From Nemertoderma westbladi (Eukaryota > Animalia > Xenacoelomorpha), in contig JAUCBJ010008342.1 of the NCBI GenBank assembly GCA_032718475.1, positions 1 through 47,581 on the forward strand: a DNA stretch of 47,581 bases, written 5' to 3'. The notes under the pieces are model-generated. The model ran no database searches, had not been told where the DNA came from, and saw only the letters and a program-made list of their open reading frames with translations. Positions 1-10,290 of the stretch are shown in pieces. Within the stretch, counting starts at the first letter, position 1; each line of letters opens with the position of its first letter. The position numbers and the translations under genes are program-made.

Positions 1-1405
1 TAACTCTTCAATTATCCTTCTAAGTGCCAAAATGGGCTCCATGGTCCCACGACCTTTACGGAACCCATTCTGATTTCCACGTAGCAGTCTCTCAATGGGA
101 TCCCTGATGCGATTTAATAGAATTCTATTGTATAGTTTTGCAGCAATCGAGATCAATGAGATTCCCCGAAAAGAACCATAGAGTGTTAGGTTGCCCTTCT
201 TGGGAACTGGCACCAACTTATTTGTTTTCATTTCTTGTGGGACTCTTGTTGTACGGTACATGTCTACTATGATGGGATAGATGAGCTTTAAACACTCAGG
301 TATTTTAAAGACCTCAGGGGGAACACCATCTACTCCACAGGCACGATTGGTCTTAATGCTCTTTGCAGCAGCCTTCACTTCTGCAAAGGAGATATCGCCA
401 ATGGGAATATCTGGGAGTACAGACTCAGACACTTTTACTTCTATAAAGTTATCAGGCAAAACCCTGTCATTATTGAGGAGCTTTTCAAAGTGGGCTTTCC
501 AACCATTGAGGCGATCGGCTGGTGATTCAGCCTTAACCTTGGTGGTTGGTTGGCTTTTCCTCCCAGTAAGCAGATTGATCGATTTCCATGCCTGGGATGA
601 TTGCCTGCTGTCGTCAGCATCATTGATGGCATCAACCTGTTGGTTTATTAGCTCCTGTAGATTAACAGAGTACTGCCTGTTCAGGGACCTAGATGCAGCT
701 TTAACTGCATTCTTGGCCGCTGTAGTCTGTTTGAGTCGGGACTCTTTCTGCGCCTTATGAAGGTCATTTCGGCACTTCTGAATTTTGTTGTCAGTCCAGG
801 GGGCCCTTTTCCTGTTTCGAGGGTATACAGGAACTGTTTCTGCAGCTGCTAACGTAACTGCTTCTGTAAAGGCAGTATAGCCCTCACAGTGATCTGCCGC
901 CTCAGAGGCAAGAGCCTCATACCTGTTGCTCAGCTGTAGTGTGAAGCTGGATCTCACACTTGGCTGTTGCAACAGAGAGGACCAGTCATGCCGTGGCAAA
1001 GCAGATTTCGTTGTTCTGCTAGCACGCAGACTAAGTCTTACCTTGGCCACAATAAGACGGTGATCACTGGAGAAGGGTCGAAGTGTAAATGCATTACAGT
1101 CTTGTATAGAGCTCCTGTATTTCCTACGAAACAGAATATGGTCTATCTGGGACTTGTGACCACTGGGTCCACTATGAGTCCATAGCTTTCCAGTTCGCTT
1201 CTTGAACTGGGTTCCAGCCGAAAAAAATCCATTTCCAGAGATAAAATCCTGAAGATGGACAGAATTTCGGTTAACACTATTGCTATAGACCCAGGGCGAT
1301 GTAGGTGATTGATGCAGACTTGCATTAAAGTCTCCCAGGAATGTTAAGAATGCATGCTGATCCACTCCATCAGTTGCTGCTTGTAGATTGTGGTAGAAAT
1401 TTATG
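1..1405 (-). CDS. Non-LTR retrotransposon (LINE, RTE-like) ORF2 fragment: C-terminal APE endonuclease plus N-terminal RT; 5'-truncated and running off the window's left edge
   Basis: Manual minus-strand translation shows no stop in the segments read: FYHNLQ...FLGDFNA...LWTHSGPSGHKSQIDHIL...SSDHRLIVAKVRL (APE motifs), then ACGVDGVPPE...LVPVPKKGNL..SFRGISLISIAAKLYNRILLNRI...QNGFRKGRGT (RT domains 0-2). It is absent from the ORF track because it has no stop in the window. The clade is a guess. Confidence 0.9.
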
Positions 1406-1887
1406 TTACTAGTACGGTTTTTATGTCCGGTAGTAGTTACTATTTTAGTTATGGACAATTGGACAGTCTGACTGACTGGCATACTAACAAAAAGTCCTAG
1501 AGTCGTCAAATGCCTGTAGATTGTACGAAAAACTGATTGACAAACGGACAGCGAGACGGACATACAGACCGATAGGCTAAATTCCGCCAGATATTAAAAT
1601 TAACATTGGAAATGAGATTACCGACCAGGAAATTGACGGACAGTTTGCGCGGGATGTATAAAATACATTTTGTTTTAAACCAATATTACTCCCGTTTTAT
1701 TTCGCGGTAATTTGTTGTCACTAAAATTGTATCCCCTCCTTTAATCGTTTCCTATTTGTTTATGTTTTTAGTTTGGAAACCCAGGGAATTCTTTAGATGG
1801 ACTTCTGATTAATGCGTCACGAAAAGTGCAATATAATGATTTTGAAAAAGAAATTGGAAAATCCTTTAATGATTCTGTAAAGGAATA

Positions 1888-2898
1888 GTCAGTGCTCGTA
1901 CTGGGTCAGTGAACGTACTGTGTCAGTGCACGTACTGTGTCAGTGCGCGTACTGTGTCAGTGCGCGTACTGTGTCAGTGCACGTACTGTGTCAGTGCGCG
2001 TACTGTGTCAGTGCGCGTACTGTGTCAGCGCGCGTACTGTGTCAGTGCACGTACTGTGTCAGTGCACGTACTGTCTCAGTTCACGTACTGTGTCAGTGCA
2101 CGTACTGTGTCAGTGCACGTACTGTGTCAGTGCACGTACTGTGTCAGTGTACGTACTGTGTCAGTGCACGTACTGTGTCAGTGCACGTACTGTGTCAGTG
2201 CACGTACTGTGTCAGTGCACGTACTGTGTCAGTGCACGTACTGTGTCAGTGCACGTACTGTGTCAGTGCACGTACTGTGTCAGTGCGCGTACTGTGTCAG
2301 TGCGCGTACTGTGTCAGTGCGCGTACTGTGTCAGTGCGCGTACTGTGTCAGTGCGCGTACTGTGTCAGTGCGCGTACTGTGTCAGTGCACGTACTGTGTC
2401 AGCGCGCGTACTGTGTCAGCGCGCGTAATGTGTCAGTGCACGTACAGTGTCAGTGCACGTACAGTGTCAGTTCACGTACTGTCTCAGTGCACGTACTGTG
2501 TCAGTGCACGTACTGTGTCAGTGTACGTACTGTGTCAGTGCACGTACTGTGTCAGTGCACGTACTGTGTCAGTGCACGTACTGTGTCAGTGCACGTACTG
2601 TGTCAGTGCACGTACTGTGTCAGTGCACGTACTGTGTCAGTGCACGTACTGTGTCAGTGCACGTACTGTGTCAGTGCACGTTCTGTGTCAGTGCACGTAC
2701 TGTGTCAGTGCACGTACTGTGTCAGTGCACGTACTGTGTCAGTGCGCGTACTGTGTCAGTGCACGTACTGTGTCAGTGCACGTACTGTGTCAGTGCACGT
2801 ACTGTGTAAGTGCGCGTACTGTGTCAGTGCACGTACTGTGTAAGTGCACGTACTGTGTCAGTGCACGTTCTGTGTCAGTGCACGTACTGTGTCAGTGC
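1888..2898. repeat. 17-bp tandem satellite (CAGTGCACGTACTGTGT)n, about 59 copies
   Basis: Directly visible, with variants CAGTGCGCGT and CAGCGCGCGT. The 17-aa periodicity of the overlapping ORFs equals 3 x 17 nt. Confidence 0.97.
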
Positions 2899-3499
2899 CC
2901 CAATTTTCACTCACCAATTTTCAGAATTGTAGGAGGAGATACATTTTAAGAACGGACCAATCCAAATATTTTGCAATTATGACTATTAGACAATCAGAAG
3001 CACCTATTTTGTTACTGTAGGTGTCTGACCAAGGAAATGGAAAGTAAATGGAAATATACCGGTATACATAATATGTTCTAGTATAAAAAGCGTTATGGTG
3101 AATTTTAAACATTTTCAAAAGGATTTCAAATCTGATCAACCCACCCCATAAATAATTTTTCATACCATACAATGCCTATTTGAACCATACGCTTACTGGA
3201 ACTATAAACTCTATGATAAAGGTTAATTTAATTAACTCCGTGTGCGCCTATTCCCACAACCTGTTTCAGTTCCACTAATATCTACAGTAGGTATCGTAGC
3301 CATAATTATAGGCCTCCCTCATTACGGGTATGTCGAATCTATGTAACATTATCTACACGAAGTTGGGCATTCGCGCAGCACCCGAGATACTGTAAAACTT
3401 ATGTCAAGTGTCAATTATTAGCAAATTATAAGCAGATTTAGATTCCCCCCCCCCCCCCCCCCCCCCCTCTACTTTACTTTACCACAGAGGTAACTGCAG

Positions 3500-4133
3500 T
3501 CTGTTTAAGACCTAAAATACCTTGTTAATTTCAGCCCTCTAGCGGTATAATGGAGAACTACCGTCGGATAACCGTCACCACAATAACGCCCATTATGGTT
3601 GGTCTAACATGTATATATCTGCCAAGTTTCAGCTTGAACGGATAACAAATAATGAAATGAGATAAGTTTTTCACTTTCAGGTATTTCGCCCTCTATCGGC
3701 AGAATGGAGAACTGCAGAACGATCACCTTCCTCACAAAGACGCATCATGTGGTCTAATAAACATGTACAGTACCAATATTCAGTTTAACTAACACAATTG
3801 GGAAGGTTTACACTTTTAGACATTTCGCCCTCTAGTGGTAGACTGGAGAAATGCAGACCGTTTACAATCCCCACGAAGACGCAGGCTGTATTCTAGATAG
3901 ATCCTGTATCTCATAAGTTTCAGCTTGAACGGGTCATAAATATGTAACTAAATCAGGGATGGATTTCACTCAGACATTTCGCTCTCCAGCAGCAGGCTGG
4001 AGAACTACAGATTAGCCTCATTTGAAAGACACAGCTGAAGGTCTTCGGTCTAGTATATATCAGTCAAGTTTCAACTTAAACTGATTAAAAGCAAAGAAAT
4101 GGCAGGGTATATAACATTTAGACATGTGGCCCC
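3500..4133 (-). repeat. Degenerate ~146-bp unit array (4-5 copies) of the CTCF-motif-bearing family seen in the Helitrons at 33.4-42 kb
   Basis: GCCCTCTAGCGG-like cores at about 3535, 3688, 3827 and 3980, with the same flanks (caagtttcagctt, ttttcactttcagacattt). Confidence 0.75.
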
Positions 4134-5800
4134 CAAATTTGCTGGTTTTATTTTGACCAATGATGGAATTAAAGCAGACCCTGATAAGATCAAAGCTATA
4201 ACGTCATTTCTGGTTCCAACTAACCGCACAGAGTTGCGCTCCTTTATGGGATTAGTACAACAATTGGCTCAATTCTCCAATGAAATTAGTAAAACAGCAG
4301 CTCCACTTCGTGATATTCTGAAAATTAGAAATGAATTCAGTTGGACAACTAATCATGAATTGACCTTTGAAGCTATAAAATCAGCACTTACTTCACCACC
4401 AATTTTGGCAAATTACGACCCAAATGCAGAAACCAGTCTCCAAACTGATGCATCACGCAAAAACGGCATTGGATTTGCACTATTGCAAAAATTTGATGAT
4501 GAATGGAAGCTAATACAATGTGGATCACGTTTTTTATCTGATGCAGAAAGTAGATATGCAATGATAGAATTGGAAAGCCCTTGCTATTGTTTGGGCAACA
4601 AAGAAATCACACCTCTACCTTGCTGGACTTCCAACATATTCCATAGTAACTGATCACTGTTCATTAGTCACGATTTTCAACAAATACACCCTGGACATGA
4701 TTGATAATGTAAAACTGCAAAATTATAAAATGCAACTTAGCGCATACCAATTGAAGGTCATATGGCGTAAAGGTACTGAACATAATATACCTGATGCCTC
4801 CAGTAGACGACTGTTAAGGAAGACTCAACAGTGGATAAGTTTTAGTTTTAGTTTTAATTTTAGTTTAGTTTAAGTTTTAGCATTAGTTAATGCAATTGAA
4901 TCAGGATTTCAAATCCCTGAAAAGTACCCTCAATATATTTTAATGTTTAAGAAAATTTGGGACCAACTAACCACAGATGAAGGAATAATATTATTCGGTA
5001 AACGTTTAATCATACCACAAGCTATGCGAAAAGAAGTAATGGCTAGATTACATGATTCCCACCAAGGGATCGAGAGAACTAAGCGACGTGCCAGAGAAGC
5101 TGTTTACTGGCCTGGAATAAATAATGATCTAACAATTATAGTGAAATTATGCACTAAATGTCAAGTTCGTTTACCAAGTAACCCAAAAGAACTACTGATC
5201 AAGGATCCTTTACCAAGCCGAGTGTGTGAATCAGTTTCCACTGACTTGTTTCAGTATGGTGGTTCCCATTACTTAACATATGTTGATCTTCTCTCCGGGT
5301 TTCCGTTTATAACTAGCTGGCGTTATACTCCGACATCCCAGGATGTCAAATGCGCAATTCGCAAATATTTTGTACAAACTGGAGTACCTGTATGTCTACG
5401 ATCGGATGGAGGTCCGCAATATAGCGCCAAATTATTCCAATAATTCTTAAATATATGGGGCGTTTCATGGATCGCATCAACACCACACTATCCCCAATGA
5501 AACGGATTCGCTGAAGTAACAGTCAAAACCCTAAAAAATCTAGTTGCCAAAACCAATGGTAACATCGGTTCTGACGAATTTTTAAATGCCCTACTCGAAC
5601 TACGCAATACCCCGAGAATAGACGGTCGGTCACCTGCGGTCATTTTATATGGGCACCCCCTACGTTCCCAAGTTCCTGCCCATTACCGCAGTTTCGCGTC
5701 ATCTTGGCAACGATCCGCTTCCAAGGCTAATGAAGTAGCTGTCAGGGAAGCTCTGAGAAGTAAAACAGACTATGATAAAACCGCGAGCCCTTTAAAACCA
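4134..5800 (+). pseudogene. pol: Ty3/Gypsy pol fragment (end of RT, RNase H, integrase), degenerate
   Basis: KFAGFILTNDGIKADPDKIKAI, LQTDASRKNGIGFALLQ and AESRYAMIELE (RNase H); LHDSHQGIERTKRRAREAVYWPGI..CTKC (integrase zinc finger); TDLF...RSDGGPQY (integrase core). Frameshift at ~4577, stops at ~5441 and ~5498, no LTRs seen. Confidence 0.9.
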
Positions 5801-5804
5801 TTAG

Positions 5805-6092
5805 CTACTACTGTTCTGTGATAGCTTGCCTCCTTGTTATATTTATGCAATGCTAACCGGCAATTTGCCCCCTAGCGGCAGACAAAGGAACTATAAAAGT
5901 CTGTCTGTGTGTAGGATTTCTAATTAAACAACGATCAGGACATGCATCATTAGGATGAATCTAATGAATAGTGCTATAATTACGAGGGAGAGAGAGAGAG
6001 AGAGAGTTTGCTCTACTACTGTTCTGTGTTAGCTTGCCTCCTTGTTATATTTATGCAATGCTAACCGGCAATTTGCCCCCTAGCGGCAGACA
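5805..6092. repeat. ~80-bp direct repeat (about 5805-5885 and 6014-6092) ending in a CTCF-like core; a (GA)n run lies between the copies
   Basis: ctactactgttctgtg.tagcttgcctcc...tttgccccctagcggcagacaaa occurs twice. Confidence 0.85.
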
Positions 6093-6189
6093 AATTATTA
6101 TAGTTATAAATTATTATAGTAAATTATTATAGTTATAGGGGGGCCTACATATATATATATATTATTATGGTTAGAGTTTTCACTTTTGA

Positions 6190-6722
6190 TAACTTATATA
6201 CCAAATAATTATATTAATTCAGAAATAGGACTTGTCAGAGATACTGTAGTAAGATCGTCGTGGTGGCCTAAGTGATCTCTGCCGTAACGCCATACGCTGC
6301 GGACCATTCCTCATTGCCCCCCCCCCCCCCCCCCCCCCCGCCCCGTCAAAGTTCCAAGTAAATCCATTTCAGAAATAAATATAAATAAATTTATCATATA
6401 GATTTATCCACAATAAATAAAAAGTAGGGTTAGCACTTTGGGAAATCTGGTGTCTAGAAATATTAAAAGCAAACACACTATCCAACAAGTTGTAGATCAG
6501 TTCAGACGGCAAATAAACTCAACCAATGTATTTTATTGACAATGCGATGTCGTTGAGTTAGCCCTTTATAAATTCTGTGGTCGCAAAATATTCAATTCAA
6601 ACACACTATCCAATGTTTTGTAAATCAGACAACATAAAGTCAGGCAATGCTTTTTTTTATTAACAACAAAATGTCTGGAGTTAGCACTTTATGATTTCTG
6701 CGGTCGCAAAATATTAAAATCA
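6190..6722 (+). repeat. Dispersed repeat (poly-C plus gagttagcacttt subrepeats), with a second copy at ~32518-33365; target of the MITE insertion
   Basis: ccattcctcattgcccc...gtcaaagttccaagtaa...gttagcactttgggaaatctggtgtctagaaatatt is shared by 6304-6720 and 32518-32940. Confidence 0.75.
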
Positions 6723-6909
6723 GGATAGTTCTTTTTACAGAACACAGCAGAACACAGTAGAACACAGCAGAACACAATAGAATACAGTAGGAACATAGGC
6801 GAACACAGCTGTAATTAAAATCTACACCAAAAAATAACACACTTGGGAAAGTACCGGACTTAATCATACAACTGTAAGATGTCAATTACATATTTAAATT
6901 AAATGGCGG

Positions 6910-8107
6910 TGTAAAAGCTTTTGTGGGATATAACTGGCCCTTTTGCTTCGCAATCCAGTTTCCCTTAATGCGCTCAAATACTCTAAAGAAAAACTCCCTA
7001 ACTCAAATGGTGCAAGCTACCTACCGGCTGATTGGCTGATTTGCTGTACGTATGGCCTCTCTGTTCTGTTCGATCAACCAACCAGAGCAAGGTCAACCAA
7101 GCAGAGTGATTCATCCTGTGTGTTGGCTAAGGGCTGCAAAAACCCGAATAGTTCGGCATTTAGACATTCGTGGAATCTGTGGAATATGGAGCTTTGCCAA
7201 TGAGAGCTTTTCCTCTTTGTGTTGAAAGCTACCTGCAACAGCTCACAGGGTTCAGTATGTGTATTCTTCCACAGCCCAAAACACCGGCTTTGGAACCTCC
7301 GTGTTTCAGTCTTTAGCCCTACATTAGTATGCTTAATTATAGAACGTATATCTGTTATCTCACCAATCCATAACATAACTTAACAATTGAGTCACTCACT
7401 AACCAATTCACACTGCATTCATAACCATTCATAACTTAACATTTTACTGCTATTTACTGTCGATTATTCATTATATTTGTTGATGGAATATTATATTTGG
7501 AATACTGATAAATAATCAGACACCCCAATCTTCTTGATATACTAAAGGTTAGAGAGACAGGTTACATATAACGATTGCGACTTACATTAAGTGGTTTGAA
7601 GTGAATCTAATGCTATTTCATAGGCCCTACATGTATTGTCTGTTGTTCTCTTTATATGTGACTAAAATTAGTGAAGGTCGGCAGATCAGTGTGCAGCATT
7701 GTGCAGTATTGTGTATGATTGTGACTGATAACAAAGCATCTCCTAAAGAATGCGCCATATACGTGAATCTATAGCCATCCCGTTGTGTCTAGTTTAAGTC
7801 ATAACTCTGTTTATATATTTAGAGCGCCATGTCCTAAAGGAACTGTTAATATTCCCGAAAGTGAATAATATTTGTCAGAGATTATATATATTACGACCAG
7901 TCGAATAATACAGTAGGCCTACCCCGCAATACGGTTAGGCTTCCGAATCCAGTCTCCCGGGTATATCCAGCGGGTGAATGATCGCGCATAGACTGGCTTC
8001 GGCTAATGTAGTGTATCAAATACTTGTCATAGGCTAAAGACGATCTATTATCTAGAAGACATCCCAATTTGGCAGGTTAAACTGCTAAAGGTCTGAAAGC
8101 GCGAACA
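6910..8107 (+). repeat. 5' LTR of element A (1198 bp)
   Basis: Starts TGTAAAAGC, ends GCGCGAACA; matches 30250-31444 apart from a handful of substitutions and small indels. Confidence 0.95.
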
Positions 8108-8118
8108 ATAACAGATAT
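8108..8118 (+). promoter_or_regulatory. Non-tRNA primer-binding site of A (ATAACAGATAT), complementary to LTR 7348-7358
   Basis: Directly follows the LTR's terminal CA, lacks TGG, and is the exact reverse complement of ATATCTGTTAT (12 nt if 7347/8119 are included). Confidence 0.65.
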
Positions 8119-8387
8119 AGCTTCTGTATTGCAGTAGGCAATAAAGCTGAAGTACCGGCAACCGGTACCCAGTAGGCCTGACTACCTAACCACCCGGACC
8201 AGTACCTACAGCAGTACAGGTACAGCAGTATTATTCGAATTTGATAATTATATACCGGTAGGCCTTAATATTAAATCAGGGAGGGACCGCCCTGGTTTTT
8301 TATTGAGATTTTACTTATTTCTGTCAAGTTTTATTTATTTGTAGGCCAATATTGAGCAGAAGACGTGTAAGCCTGCCCAGATTGTAC

Positions 8388-8959
8388 AGATAATTTGTAG
8401 GCTGGACTGTTGTCTAACTGTTGTTAAGTCTGAGGGGACTGTAGTGTGTGTAGAGCGTATGTCCGAAAAAGTACTAGTTAGGAAAGTAGGGGCTGCCAGT
8501 GCTGTGAGGTGAACCCCCTCGAAAGAATAAGTCGTACTACTGGGTTAGAACGCATACTAACTAACCATTTCGGAGTCTGCATATACTGTAGTGTATTTAG
8601 GCTTGATAGTAGTCTGCCAGCGTTTGGTCTGTACTTTGTTTGTGTAGTCTGTACGGGTAGCGTAATATTTCTTACTTAGATAATTTGTAGGCTGGATTTT
8701 GTCTGGCTGTTGTTAGGTCTGAAGAGATTTCGGTGTGTGTAGAGTGTATGTCCGATAAAGTGCCAGTTGGGAACGTAGGGGCTTCCAGAGCTGTGAGGTA
8801 AACCCCCTTGAAAGAATAAGTCGTACTACTGGGTTAGAACGCATACTAACTAACCATTTCGGAGTCTGCATATACCGTAGTTTGTTTAGGCTTGATAGTA
8901 GTCTGTCAGTATTTGGTCTGCATTTTGTTTGAGTAGTCTGTACGCGTAGCGTAATATTT
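8388..8959 (+). repeat. 290-bp tandem duplication in the leader of A
   Basis: agataatttgtaggctgga... begins at 8388 and again at 8678; single copy in B. Confidence 0.9.
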
Positions 8960-10290
8960 ATTATTCAGAGTTTATGCGATTATTCGCAACATTCATATCC
9001 CCAAGTTTATTCCTACAGTAATTGTGCTTGTTATATATACCGTTATAGTTAAATTAACCCTGGTACTACATCAGGGCTGCTTGGCGTAGGTAAAGACTGG
9101 TGATTTTGTGCCCCGGTCACTCCGGCAGATACCGTGGTTCTTTTAGCTGTTCAAGTATTTTTAACTACTGATTATTTGTTGTATAAGTACTTGTACCTAA
9201 TTTAGGGTTTAGTGTACAGTGCTTTCCAAAGGTAATTAGTGTGTAGGCAGTGTATTTGTGTTGTAAAGTGGTTAATAGGCACGTTGGTTCTGGTAGACCG
9301 TGGTAATTAACTTCTAGGTAGGAACACTCCGTGATACATAACGTAGTACTTATAGCGATACGGCTATAAGTCGTCAGACGGTGGTATTTTCCTATCTGGA
9401 CAACGCAGTATATTTACTACTACTTATTATTTTCAAAATACCGTAGTACCCTGTCCGTTGTAATAACCAGATATTCTAACCCTTTGTTAGGCTGGTTTGT
9501 AGACTTCTTGTAAAATTACCCTGAAATTTCGTACTTGTAAATTTTTGTGTTTATTTAGAGATTGTAATCTCACACCGAATTGTACGTAATTTGTAGTATT
9601 AAGTAACTTAGTTAAATTAGAATTATTTGTTTTAGTGTCCAACAAGTAGCACTCCACTGAGAGCGCACAGCTTCTGTGTAGTGACTCCCCCCAGAAATAA
9701 TAACATTTATTTCAAATATTGACAAAACCCATTTTAACGGGTATATATATTATAAATCACCTCAAACGATTTATAAATAGTAGGCCTGCCATACAACAAT
9801 TAGGTCTCAATATCAGTTGGACTACTGCTTAAATCACGGTAATAAGGTAAGTTAAAGTAACCAAGTAACCCTAAAATTCAGAAATTCAATTATTCTAAAA
9901 TAATTGATATACCGGTATTTACAATAGGCTTATTATATTTATTTCTATAAATTTAGGCTGAAATTATACCGGTATTCTGTAATTAATTCTAGTCCATAAT
10001 TTTACTTATATATACTATAAGTGTAAGCTGTATACTGGTATTCACGATAGGCATATTATATATTTATATATTTGTGCTGAAATTACATACCGGTATTCTG
10101 TGACAAATCTAGTCTGTAATAATACTTATATATATACTATAAGCATACCGGTATTCTAATATATTATATATATATCACGTTACACTGAGTAGCAGTATCG
10201 GTAATTAATTACTAGGCTAACAGTGATACTGAATTACTAGACTTGCTTTAACTGTAATATAGCAGTAGGCATTCAACTGTACAAACAAAC

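Noticed and set aside
281-760. Plus-strand 159-aa ORF
   Set aside because: Antisense shadow of the LINE ORF2.
1909-2949. Cys-rich 346/307-aa ORFs, or a CRISPR-like array
   Set aside because: These are translations of a 17-bp satellite; there are no unique spacers and the context is eukaryotic.
4099-4133. ATG start for the Gypsy ORF
   Set aside because: The first ~12 codons derive from the adjacent 146-bp unit; Gypsy similarity starts at KFAGF.
6943-7376. Short ORFs in the LTRs (also 17110-17392, 28172-28454 and 30410-30712)
   Set aside because: They recur only because the LTR is repeated, have no domain signal, and their boundaries are not kept between A and B.
7546-8076. Possible intron inside the LTR (AG|GTTAGA ... 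TTGGCAG|G, present in both A and B)
   Set aside because: Short motifs only, with no transcript evidence; conservation near the LTR end has other explanations.
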